Under the pieces are notes generated by a model, which worked only from the letters and a program-made list of their open reading frames with translations, was not told where the DNA came from and did no database searches. From assembly GCA_951406725.2 (NCBI GenBank), contig OX597821.1:58280001-58344000 (forward strand): a stretch of DNA of 64,000 nucleotides, written 5' to 3'. Made by a program: the position numbers and the translations under genes. How positions within the stretch are numbered: the first letter of the stretch is position 1; each line of letters opens with the position of its first letter. Below are positions 14,854 through 28,752 of the stretch, piece by piece. The DNA is from Octopus vulgaris. Its lineage: Eukaryota.

Positions 14854-15521
14854 TATATATATATATATATATATATAAATATGTAAATATATATACATAT
14901 ATATATATGCCCATATATATACATATATTCTTTTATTCTTTTACTTGTTTCAGTCATTTGACTGTGGCGATGCTGGAGCATCGCCTTTTAGTCGAACAAA
15001 TCGACTCCAGGACTTCTTCTTTGTAAGCATAGTACTTATACTATTGGTCAAGTTACAGGGACGTAAACACACCAACATCGTTTGTCAAGTGATGTTGGGG
15101 GTACAAACACAGACACACAAACATATACATATGCACATACATACATATATATATATAATTTATAAGTAAGGGCAAAAGAAAAATTTTCTAATGCCAAAAT
15201 ATGCCGAAAATAGACATAACGTCAATAACCATGTAATTTATCACTACAAGCACGCGTTTCGAAGAAAGCTGACAGAAATTTCTAAAAAATCCCGTTATTA
15301 CCATATCGGACCTGATTTCAGAGTTAGTTCATAAGAACCTTCCCTTCAGCAGTGATAAATGCGGCAAAGAAATAAGTGAAATACTTACTTATACCCTATA
15401 TATATATATATATATATATATCATCATCATCATCGTTTAGCGTCCGCTTTCCATGCTAGCATGGGTTGGACGGGTCAACTGGGGTCTGTGAAGCTGGAAG
15501 GCTTCGTCAGGCCCAGTCAGA

Positions 15522-15522
<1 letters not shown>

Positions 15523-15563
<41 letters not shown>

Positions 15564-15944
15564 TATACATATATATATATATAAAAATAGACATATATAT
15601 ATATAATGCACGTAAATGCATACACATACATATATATATACACATAAATATATACATACATATATATATATACGCACAAATATATACATATATATATACA
15701 CACACATAAATATATACATATATATATACACACACACACATAAATATATACATATATATATATATATACACACACACATAAATATATACATATATATATA
15801 TATATACACACACACATAAATATATACATTTATATATATATACACATAAATATATACATATATATATACATAAATATACATATATATATATATATATACA
15901 CACACACATAAATATACATATATATATATATATACACACATATA

Positions 15945-15975
<31 letters not shown>

Positions 15976-16061
15976 AATATATATATATACACACATATAA
16001 ATATATATATATACACACATATAATATATATATATATACACATATAAATATATATATATAC

Positions 16062-16160
<99 letters not shown>
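15523..16160. repeat. (TA)n/(CA)n compound microsatellite
   Basis: Directly visible. Confidence 0.95.
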
Positions 16161-16270
16161 CTCATGATCATGATCATCATCATTTAACGTCTGCTTTCCA
16201 TGCTATAAATAAATAAATAAATATTTATATATAAATAAATATATATGTATGTATATATATATATATATAT

Positions 16271-16315
<45 letters not shown>

Positions 16316-17686
16316 GGGTTTCTTAAAGTTTCCATCCACGAAATCCACTAACAAGGCCTTGGTTTGTTTGCAGTCATAGTCGAAGATATTTGCTGTTGGT
16401 GCTATACAGTAAATTGGTGCCATATCTTCATCATCATCATTTAAGCATCCACTTTTCAATGCTTGCAAGGATCAGACAGAATTTGTTGAGGCAGATTTCC
16501 TACAGCTGGATGCTCTTCCTGTCCCAACCCTATCAGTTTCCAAGTAAAATACTACTTCCCCCTGCCCACATCTCACAGAATATTGGAAATGAAGGACAGT
16601 ACCTGCATTACAGTAATACTTATTTGCAATTATCATATGATGTCAAGGAAATAAGAGAGTAGCACAAACATACATGCACATGCACACATCACACAAACAC
16701 ACACACACACACGTCAGGTTTCTTTTAGCTTCCATCTACTAAATCAACTTGGCTTGGGGCTGTAGAAGAAAATGCTTGCCCAAAGTGCCATGCAGCAGGA
16801 CTGAACCCAGAATCATGTGATTAGGAAGCAAACTTCATAGCATACAGCCATGGCACATGCTTTGCTGTGTACTTAAGAAGTTCAGTCCCCACTGCATGGC
16901 ATCTTGCGCAATCACCTACATAAACATGTTTCAGCTTTATAGCACATCCAGAGTTAAGTCCCAGTGTGACAGGAAGCTATAAAATGTGAGACTAGTACTT
17001 AACACCATGTTCACAGTAGCAGAAACGGCTGTAAGCTAATGACGGTGATTACATAACTGCTCTTATGAAAAAAAATATGAACTCCCCTTCTTTTGTCTTT
17101 CATTTATTCATGAATATTATGGCTCTGTACTTAACTTGTTTCATACCAGTCCAGAACAAGAGACATCGGTGAATTTACACCACTTTGCTACTAGACTTTA
17201 GTGATACTGTGCACTGTTAGTATGAGAATATTGAATTCTAACAACTGGTTTTTGGCCTTGCTATGGCAGATCAGAATTATAAATTGTGTATGTGTGTGTA
17301 TGTTTTGTGTGTGTGTGTGTATATGTTTGTGTATGTGCATGTGTTATATATACACACACATATTCATAACCACATTTATATATAAATATAAACACACACA
17401 CGTGCACACACACACATGCACCCACACACACACACATGCACACACACACATACACACACACGCACACACACATACTATCTATATGTATGCATGAATATAT
17501 ACATAAATATACATGTGAATATACGTTTGTATGTATGTATGTATGTATACATATGTACAAATACATTTTTACACATATTTATTTATATTCATGTATGTAT
17601 GTATGTATACACAAACATTTATGAACATATCCAATACACACATATATCCATGTGTGTATAAATATATATATATAAATATACATATG

Positions 17687-17733
<47 letters not shown>

Positions 17734-17755
17734 TTATAGATATATAGATACATAA

Positions 17756-17789
<34 letters not shown>

Positions 17790-18135
17790 GTGTGTGTAAA
17801 AAGATTGGTAAGAAGAAAGGGATGCTTGGGTGTGTATGTGTATGTATATATAAATATATAAATATATATATGCGTGTGTGTGTATGTATACAAACATAGA
17901 TAGACAGGTAGATAAAGAGATATGTTTCTGCATTTATTCATGCATACACATATCAGTATACATGTAAGAGAGAAAAGTGTTCCTGCACTTCTGTTTACAT
18001 ACATGCGGTACGTCGGGTGTTTGTGAGTGTGTGTGTTTGTATATGCTATGCAAGTGTACATATGTGTATGTGCATGTGTGTGTGCTCATGTGTAGGTAGC
18101 ACTCAAGATCACATTTTCACAAGCTATAGAGTATG

Positions 18136-18869
<734 letters not shown>

Positions 18870-19047
18870 ATATCAGAGATAACAGTCCAGCTGTCAAAAT
18901 AACTGAATGGGAAAGACAGAGAAACAAAGAAAGCAATATCGAGATGTGTGTTTGTAGTTGTTTGGAACGATTGACATACCGGGTGTATGGGAGAAGTAAT
19001 TTATTTCACCAAAAACTTTATGAGCACAGCCTAATCTCAAATCCACA

Positions 19048-20300
19048 TCAACCTTCTTTAAACTTCTTTTGCGCTGCCGATGCACTTGTTCCCCTGTTGG
19101 TGCAACGACGGCGTCTCTTGCTGCGGGAAGGCAGCCAATCTGCATCTGTCTGGTCATCTTTTGCACCGTCGTCCTTTTCACTCTCCGAGAAGCCTGTGTT
19201 ATTGCTGCTGTTACTACTACTATCACTATCGCTGTCTGTCGATGTGAACATGTAGGTGTCCTGCATGAGGGACACTTTGCTTCTGAGATCGTCATGGCGT
19301 CTGCTGCTGCCGCTGCTGCTGCCCTCCAAGCGCCGGTCGGAATTGTTGCGGAAGTACTTAGTCACAATACTATTGGCTTTGCATTCTTTCGTCTCACTTA
19401 CCATCTGCGTATTTTCCCGTAAGCTGGCCCCACGTGTGGCCGGTTGTCCAGTCCTGCCTCCTTCTTCATCATCATCATTTTCCTCCAGCTCCTCTTCCTC
19501 CTCCTCCTCCTCTTCCTCCTCTTCATCATTATCGACCTCTTCGGCTACACGTATCAACTGCTGCTCTCTCGCCACCTCCACTTCAGCAGCCGTGTCTTCC
19601 ACTTCATCCTCAGCCTCATCATCTCCATCAACATCCTCATCAGCCACAATATCTTCATCCTCTTCCTCTTCTTCATCATCAGCCTCTTCCTCTTCTTCTG
19701 CTTCTCTTCTCGCTCTTTCTTCCTCTTGAAAGCTCTTGCTATCGGCACAGTTGTTGCTGTTATTGCTGCTGCTGCTGCTGCTGCTGCTGCTACTACTACT
19801 GTTAATATTACTGTTACTGACAATATTCACACCACAAGTAATGTTACCATTGCTATTGTTGTCAGTGATGATGTTGCTGCAGTTGTTGTTGCTGTTGCTG
19901 CTATTGCTGCTACTGCAGTTAGCAGTAGAAATACTGGCTACAGTAGGTACTAAGTCATCAACAGTTACCAAAGCAACAGTGGAAACATCATCCTTTAGTT
20001 CATTTCCTGCAACATCACTATTATCTACAACACCACAATTTTTGGTAATGGCACAGACACTTTTTTGTGCCCTGCTTTTCGAAGCAGTCTTTGTTCGCTT
20101 TTTCTGACTGCTTTTCGTATTTTTCCGTTGTTTCCGACCGCCAGACGTTCCATCTTTGTCGCCTAGTTTTTCAACACTGGAATCTTTGTCACCTTCAGAG
20201 TCACGGCATCGCTCTGTGAGAAAATTCACAGCATCTTCCTCCATACTTTCCGTAGTTTCATTAAGACCATGTTTCACTTTCTTGTGTCTATTGAGATTTC
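19048..20300 (-). CDS. ZNF710: ZNF710-like last coding exon (end of finger 11, then basic, poly-S/N and poly-E/D tail)
   Basis: ttttcttcag|GA AAT CTC translates (G)[11 protein letters not shown] and runs into the 409-aa ORF 19048..20277 ending KKFKEG-TGA. LKGNL.RH.KVKHG is the terminal finger of the family. Confidence 0.88.
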
Positions 20301-21842
20301 CTGAAGAAAATACAAGAGAAAAAGAAAATCCAAAATCAATTATACAAATAATATTCTGGTGCTAAGAAGCATTAAAATACTGAAATTAATCATAGTATCA
20401 AAGTTCTAGCTTCAAGCTCACATCACAAACACCATAGCAGCGCTCTCTTCCTTCTTTTCCAACACATACAGATTAGGGTTCTGTTCATACTTTTCTTTGA
20501 CTGCTTGACAGAACAACTAAACAACTAGTTAGTTAACTGATTACATGGTTAACCAATTAACTAATAATAATAAAAGAAGTGAAATAAAACCAGTGCGTGT
20601 TTTCTACTGGCATAATGACCCTCTCAAGATACATTTGTTTCACATCACAAATCTTACAAACCAAATACAAAAACAAAATAACTGTTGATTTATTTAGCAA
20701 AAGACGTTTCTTGCTATAGTGATTATATAAATTGCAAATGATGATATGTAGCAAGTGGTGACATATATAATGATGATGGATGTGACAACGTCCTAAATTT
20801 CCCCAAAACAGGATTAACTCATAAGATTTTCTCCACAGTCTAGTGACTAATCTGCTTCGGCAACTGCGATTGTGATAAACTTACTTCCCTTAGATTAATA
20901 AACCTCAGTTACCTCCCTTGGTAACAGACGTTTAGAAAATTGCAATCTATCAACTGATGATAATTTGCGCAAAGATAATGAAAACTGTTATAATGCAAAA
21001 ACAAGGTCTGTTATAGAGTTATCATTATTTGTTAGTGGAAAGGTCTCAACTCTTCAAAGCTTGCAACCTGAACCACATCTCTACTTAAACCCATATTCTC
21101 TGTCTTTTTCTTGTCCCTAAACTCTGCATTAATCATCACATGCAGTTCTTCCTTGCAAAGATCATTATTCAGGTCACACCACTCTTACTCTCTCTTCAAA
21201 ACTTAATAAAAATTCTAGTAAATTTTCCTGGAAAATATATATGCACAGAATACAGACTATCTTCTATTAGTAGTTGTTTGGTAGAGACAACGTGGCTACA
21301 TTGATAAGGTACTGAACTACCTAATCATGGGTCATGAGTTCAAATCCACTGCTAGAATGTTACTTCTTGACAGAATACTGCATAATAATGTATTATTTTC
21401 CTGCTGGTCTATCCCAGATAATATTCATGTAAGTTCTGGTATCTTCAGTGAGCCAACTGAATTGGTAATACCAGGACTTATATGAATATTATCTGGAACA
21501 GACCGGCAGGAAAATTTATGCCATAAAACCAACCAGTACTTAGCACTGATCCTTAAAAACTTCTCATGACTTAGTAGTCTTCTTATCATTTTTTTTTTTT
21601 TCAGCATATATACTTTACATATTTGAAATATGTGATGAAAAATTACAAGAATTTTCCTTCAGTCTTATCTAGCAAAACTTACTCCTGTTGTACAGAAACA
21701 TGTATGAATAGCTTCTGAGACATTGAGAGACCTCCAAATCAATACAGCAGTGATTCCATTGAAATTTGTTTTAGAGTAATTACAAAATGTTAACAAACGT
21801 TTACAAAATTTAGAAAAAAAACTCAAAGAATAAAAGACATAC

Positions 21843-21944
21843 CTTTGAGTGTAAAGGAACTCCCACAGAAACATACGAACGGCTTGGAGTTATTATGCAT
21901 GTGCATATGACCCTGAAGGTTATGGAGTCGACCAAACTCTTTAG
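21843..21944 (-). CDS. ZNF710: ZNF710-like coding exon 3 (end of finger 10, start of finger 11)
   Basis: tatttcag|CT AAA GAG translates (S)KEFGRLHNLQGHMHMHNNSKPFVCFCGSSFTLK, then G|GTATGT. 102 nt, phase 1 to 1. Confidence 0.9.
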
Positions 21945-22596
21945 CTGAAATAGATATACAAAAGAAAGTAAGAACATGAAGGATTAAGATAGAACTATCA
22001 AAGACATAAACAGCTAAGTCAACTAAAATTTTTACAATTGCATTTCCCTCTATCCCTGTCTCTGTATATATACCACTCACCTCTCATGCTCTGATGAACT
22101 TAATTACCCACCCATACCACTTCTGTTACATTCACCACCCAGTAATCCCAGAGTACACCCTAATATCTTCTTCATTACCATCTTCTCTCTTTTGCCAACT
22201 GACGTAGCCATTTATCTCCCCTGCAGCAAGACCCTGTTTCTTGTCCCTCTATTTATACTTTATCATTACCTGGCATAAAGCCACTTCCCTCAATACTACA
22301 CACACACACACAACTTCAATTGAAGGAGCTGTTCTTGCAAGTTACTTGGTGACCTTACTAGTGCCAGTACCATCTCAAAAGCACCCAGTATACTCAGTAA
22401 AGTGATTGGCATTAGGAAGGGCATCCAACCACAGAAACTATGCCAAAACAGACATTAGAGCTTGATCCAGTCCCTGGCTCACTGGCTCCTGTCAAACCAT
22501 CAAACTCATGCTAACATGAAAAACAAACATTAAATCATTATCGTTATTATTACTATTACTATTATTACTATTATTACTATTATTATTATTATTATA

Positions 22597-23033
22597 GTAG
22601 ACGTCACACAGTATATAATATCATGAGGTTGTTGATTAAAGATAACTGTGTCTATCAGGAGTTTGTAATGTCTGTCAAGTCACAACAAGGACCTCAGACA
22701 GACAGTATTTAAAGCAATATGCATGCAGTTCCAAGTAATGCAGACTTTTGCAATACACCCAGATTGAAGGGTATTTCTAAAGTTTTCAGATGTTTTTTGC
22801 AGATTGGGTGGTATTGAGCCCAATGCTGCGATGACAATAGGAATAACCTTTATGTTTGACTCTCATAGCTGCCACATCTTAGCGATCTCATTTCTCAGAT
22901 CCCCATATTTATCAACCTTTTCTCTTTCTTTCATGGTGGTATGTTGATCTCCTGGCACTGCCATATCAATTATTAGGCACTCGTTTGTCCCTCCTAAAGG
23001 TTACTATATCCAACCTTCAGTGCTCTAATACAT
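22597..23033 (-). mobile_element. R4/Dong-type LINE 3' fragment (restriction-like endonuclease C-terminus)
   Basis: Minus strand translates EH*RLDIV..CLIIDMAVPGD..KEREKVDKYGDLRNEIAKMW..KVIPIVIAALGSIP..LQKSALLGTA (with stops and frameshifts); abuts (ATT)n at 22536-22596. Confidence 0.75.
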
Positions 23034-23077
23034 CATCACCACCACCACCATCACCATCATTATCATCATTATTATTA

Positions 23078-23294
23078 TAGACAGTATACAATATTGTGAG
23101 GTTGTTGATTGAAGATACTGTGTCTACCAGGGGTTTGTACTGTTTGTCAAGTCACAACAAGGACCTCAGACAGACAGTACTTTATGCAATATGCATGAAG
23201 TTCCAAGTAATGCTGACTTTTGCAATACATCTAGATTGTGGGGTATCTCTAAGGTTTTCAGATGTTTCTTTCAGATTGGGTGGTATTGAACCCA
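23078..23294 (-). mobile_element. Second, shorter R4/Dong-type 3' fragment
   Basis: Aligns to 22608-22823 (tcaagtcacaacaaggacctcagacagacagta identical); flanked by ATT/TAC triplets. Confidence 0.75.
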
Positions 23295-23951
23295 TATTAT
23301 TACTACTACTACTACTTCTACTACTATTGCTCTAAAGGTAATGAGCTGGTAGAATTGTTAGCATGTCAGACAAAATGCATAATGGTATTTCATCCATCTT
23401 TACATTCTCAGTTCAAACTCTGCCAAGGTTGATTTTGCCTTTCATCCTTTCGAGGTCAACAAAAAAAGTACCAAATGCATACTAAGGTCAATGTAATCTC
23501 TCCTGCAAAATTCCAGGCCTTGTGCCTATAGTAGAAAGGATTATTATTATCACCATCATCATCATCATTGTGATAACAAGCATGAATATGTGCATCATCA
23601 GTGAACGAGGGGTGCTTGTTCTTTATCAACTTGGAGAGAAATTGATATGTAATTCTGAGAGGTCATATAGTTTAAGTTAATACAATGTAAACCCATTGAG
23701 TCATGTTCAAATTACATTGTAAGTGCTACATACTATTGCTGCTCTAAAGAACATATTAGCTACTTCGGTATAATATGCCTACTCTTTTACTCGTTTCAGT
23801 CATTTGATTGTGGCCATGCTGGAGCACTGCCTTTAGTTGAGCAAATCGATCCCAGGATTTATTCTTTCGCCGAACTGCTAAGTTATGGGAACGTAAACAC
23901 ACCAGCATCGGTTGTCAAGCGATGTTTAGGGGCACAAACACACACACACAC

Positions 23952-24011
<60 letters not shown>

Positions 24012-24783
24012 GACGGGTTTCTTTTAGTTTCTGTCTACCAAATCCACTCACAAGGCTTTGGTCGGCCCGAGGCTATAGTAGAAGACACTTGCCCAAGGTG
24101 CCATGCAGTGAGACTGAACCTGGAACCATGTGGTTGGTAAGCAAGCTACTTACCACATAGCCACTCCTACGCCTAGTACACATTTCTTCAATTTTTTTAT
24201 CACAGTGCAGTACCAAATTCATTCGAGTAGTGTCCCAGCTAAACAAGGTCATTTATCTCTGGAAGCCTTACTCATCTTCATTGGAGAATTGTTGTTTTGC
24301 TATTGGCCTAATAACAATTTCACTAGAGCTTGGTATATGCTTGACCTTGTCGTCAGTGCTTTTCATTGTTGTCATAATTAAGATATGTATGTGACAGTCT
24401 GTCTCATGAATTCCGTTATTTTGGGACCCTCTGTTGGTATGTCAATTGAACTGTTGTCTCGCTATGACATTCAAAACCCTTACCACCGATTGTATTTATG
24501 ACCACATCAACCTATATACAAGTATATTACAGTCTTAATGGCTGTGATGACATCACTGGCAGGGATTTTCTGGTAATACTGCATGAGTTTAAATAATCTT
24601 TGTGTTAATATGATACAGCATTTTCATTGATATAACAATCCCCCAGACGGTTATTGAAACAAGCATTACTGATAAATAAATGTGACACCTATATCTTTAT
24701 TCTTTTGTTTGCTGTGTGTGTGTGGGGGGGTAATTTCTTGTGTGTGTGTGTCACTACTACTGGTGTTAATCATACCTTTCCAT

Positions 24784-24822
<39 letters not shown>

Positions 24823-27119
24823 TGTCTGTCTGTCTGTCTGTCTGGTCATCATCATCATCATCATCATCTAATGTCCATATTCCGAGCTGGCATGGGTTGG
24901 ATGGTATGACAGGATCTGCTGGGTCCAAGGTCTGCATCAGACTCTAGCATCTGCTTTGGCATGATTTCTACAACTGGATGCCTTTCCTAATGTCAAACAT
25001 TTTACTGGGTGCCTTTTTTGTGCCACTAGCACCAGCAAGCTCACCATGCAGCCCGCAAATCCACAAGATCCAAGGAGAAAGAGGGCATCTCTTTAGGCTA
25101 GGAAATGTGAGTTGAGTTATGAGTGAAGAGGGTGGGGCAAAGCAGGTTCCTGTTAAAGAGGAGCTCACATGGTTACTCCCATTTAGGAGAGAGAGTGAAA
25201 ATAAATCAGTAAAAGCTGCAAGTAGATAAATAGTAGCATCCCGGTGGTACCTCAGGGTACAAGGTGAGTAGAAGTGGAGACAGAGAAACCGTGAGTATGC
25301 AAGAGTTGGGGTCTGCAAGAGTGTATGACAGTAATAGGGGAAAGAGACAGAGAAAATGGGAGAAGGAGAAGTTGGTAACATATAGATTGGGTAGGGTTGA
25401 AGGGTGGCTGGAGAAAATGGATATGGGTGGAGGGATGGCCATTGGTGCATGAGATATGGAAAGTGAAGGGATGGAAGAAGAGAGTAATGATAACACAGTT
25501 GACAGGGAAGAGCACAAGAGAGAGAGGTAGGCTGCAGGAGTGGAGGGAGGGGAGAGAGAAAGGACAGAGAAAGAGAAAGAAAAAGAGAGAGAGAAAGGAG
25601 AGTGCAAAAAGGAGAGAGAAAGAGAGAGAGGAGAAGAGGAATAGGGTAAGAGACGAGATAAGTTGGTGGTCCAGTGGAATGTGGACCAATGTAAAGTGTG
25701 GATGTAGAATGGCAAACAAGTGAAATGGTTCAGGGTAGCAAGAAAGAAAAGGGATAACAGGGGCAGAAGAGACTTGCAATGGGAGAGATATAAGGGGAGG
25801 GTGATGCAAGGGGGCGATTGAATGAGTGAGGTGCTAATTGCATATTCATATATATAATATATACATTCACACAGTACTACCAGAAGTCAGTTTTGCTATG
25901 GTAGACAGGTCTTCGCAAGAACCATGAATCACCCCCACCTCACACACATACATACATACATACATACATACATACATACATACATACATACATACCATCA
26001 TTATCATCATCATTTAACATCTAATTTTCCATAGTGGGTTGGATGGCTTGACATGGAGTTGGCTAGCGGGGAGTTATCAAGACTCCAATTGTCTATTGTG
26101 ATCTGGTTTCCATGGCTAGATGCTCTTCCTAGCACCAATCACTTAACAGAGTGTGCTGGGTGCTTTTTACGTACCACCAGCACAGGTATGTTTACACAGT
26201 ACTGGCACAGATGCGTTAACGCAGCCCTGGCACAGGTGCTTTTTTAAGTAGCACCGGCACTTTCTCCCTTTTTTAATGGTACATTTGTTTTAAATTATTC
26301 AAAATAATGACAATACAACATTCTGTAATTTTGTCATTTGAAAAAAGAAATATTGATATAAAACTGATTTCAAATTTTGGCACAATGGCAGCAATTTCAG
26401 GAGAGGGGAGGAGTCAATTACACTGACTCCAGTGCTCAACTGGTACTTATTTTATTGACTCTGAAAGTATGAAAGACAGAGTCAACCTCAGTAGAATTCG
26501 AATTCAGAACATAAAGACATGCAATGCCACTAAGCATTTTTCCCAGCATGACATGAATATTGATGTAATATTGATTCTATCATGAGAGCAAGATAAAATG
26601 ATGGAAGTGCAATAAGTACAGTTAGTTTTTGTTCAATTCCTTTATCACAATGCTGTATGGCCTTTGTGTGAGTAAAAGGTAGAGTCATACAAAGTCTTTT
26701 ACACCTGAAGCACTTTTTCACTTACATAACCAACCTCTCCACATCAAACTCCTGGCCTTGTTAATTACAAATGATCACATGATAATTGTAATTGGCCACA
26801 TGACATACATAGCTAATAATAAAAATTTGTATCACTACAACAACACAAATGTTTGCTCTGTACTCAAACAATAAATACCATTCACAGTTGAATGTTGAAT
26901 GCCCAACATGAGAAAAGATATTTAACTTTGGAAATAAATATGACAACACATCAGGCAAACACCACATTTATCAAAACTACTCCACCCAAAATTACCTTAA
27001 GAAAACAATTGCAAAATGAAAAAGAAACACTCACACATCCTATAAATCTTTACATTCAGATCTTAATTTAATTCTCCAACATCAAACTCAGCAAGTTTCT
27101 TCTACGTATTAATCTAAAT

Positions 27120-27375
27120 CATTAGTTCTCAGTCACTTTTTGCCTGTGGACCCCTTTGATTTCCATTTTACTCAGACTGACCCCCACAGCCATATGAAGT
27201 TTTAAAAAAGTCCCATTATATTTTTAGAATTAAATATCACTAGAAGTTGTATTTAAAAAATTGTCAAAATATTTTGTGTATTGTAGAAATATAGTAATTT
27301 ATTACAGATAAATTTTAACAACTAAATCTTATATGGACCCTCAAGGGTTATATGGACCCTCGCTGAGAACCTCTG
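27120..27375. mobile_element. Degraded hAT-type MITE
   Basis: gttctcagtc..tggacccc at the left and tggaccc..gctgagaacctctg at the right; degenerate CAG.GGTTCTCA termini. Confidence 0.55.
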
Positions 27376-27476
27376 ATCTAACTGCTCTAGTTATGTTACA
27401 TACATTTGCTACAGTGAGAAAGAGACTGTTTCTAGTTTGTAGTATACTAAACAACATAAAACATAAAAATACTTAC

Positions 27477-27711
27477 AGCAGAGATTGCAACGGTAAGGTT
27501 TTGAATCAGCATGGACAACCATGTGGGCTTTGAGGGTTTGTGGTTGTGTGAACGTTTTGGAACATGTAAAACAGCGGAAAGCTCTCTCGGCATTATGGAT
27601 AAGTAAATGCCGTTGCATATTGGCCTTCTGATTAAATGCTCGGCGACAAATTGGACATATAAATGGTTGTAGGCCAGTATGAGTGAATTGATGAGCTTTT
27701 AAATGGTGCTC
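27477..27711 (-). CDS. ZNF710: ZNF710-like coding exon 2 (end of finger 7, fingers 8-9, start of finger 10)
   Basis: ttcttgtag|GAG CAC CAT... translates EHHLKAHQFTHTGLQPFICPICRRAFNQKANMQRHLLIH...KPYRCNLC, then T|GTAAGT. 235 nt, phase 0 to 1; continues CPECGMDFMK exactly. Confidence 0.92.
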
Positions 27712-28752
27712 CTACAAGAAATAGGTTTATCAAAATTAATATCAATATTTAAATATAAATGCCATGTACATAAAATTCATTTACAACAAAATAGAATACC
27801 ATATTTATTCATGCATACATTACACCCCTAATTTAATGTTAAATCTTAGAACAAATTTTTTCCTTCATAGTTTTAGTTTTGCCATGTGTATAAGTCTTGA
27901 CCCCAGGTTTTTCAGTTAAAATCAAGAAATAGTGTGACTTATACATGAGTAAATATGGTAATATTTAACCTTAAATAACAATTCTAATGAAAATTCAAAT
28001 GACAGTGAGAAAATTGGCAAAAACTGCTGAAAGAAATTAGAATGCAGAAAAAAATATCAAACATGGAATTTAAGATTTATATATAATTTTAAAAGAATTA
28101 TTCTTAAAAAATAAATACTAAAATTGTTGGCTATTTTACATAAATAACCTCATAAAGAAATGTAAGTGAAGCAATAATTTTCATCTTGAAATATATGTGT
28201 TAGGTTTGAGTGGAATAGAGCAAGCCAGAGACAGTAGTCAGTTAAAAGACAGCTCAATAGGGTGACCAGTATCTGATGGCAGTTAACAAGTTTAGATAAG
28301 CAGATTTCATTATATATATATATATATATATATATGTGTCCTGTCAGAAATATTTGAGTGTCCTATAAAGCTAAGATAAATATTTTCAAATCATTTGTAT
28401 GGTGGCCATTTTGAATTAGTCTGACTTATTTCAGCACAAACAGGTGTTACTGCTTATATAAACACTATATAGAGACAGGAGAACTATAGTTGTTTGACAT
28501 ATTATTATTGCTCAAGTTTATTAACGTTGGACCATTAAATAATATCTTCCTCATTCATATCTGCTTCTGAAACAATGAGTCGGAAGTTTTGTTATTCTTT
28601 CAGTGATACTACCAAAATATGGCTAATTGCTTTCATTTTCTTTATTCTCAAAATCTAATCTGTTATAAATGTATAGGATTCCCACAAGAGTATCATTAAC
28701 CAGCTAGAGGGAATGTCCTCTTGGGGTTAAAAAATCACAGTAAAATCCATTC

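Noticed and set aside
19069-20107. Plus-strand and alternative-frame ORFs over the last exon
   Set aside because: Shadows of triplet-repeat coding sequence.
20945-20995. CTGATGA...GAAA hammerhead boxes (also 42868 and 2826-2832 minus)
   Set aside because: No stem I or stem III complementarity.
25080-25830. GA-rich stretch with 100-185 aa ORFs
   Set aside because: Low-complexity purine bias explains the ORFs; no domain or periodicity found.
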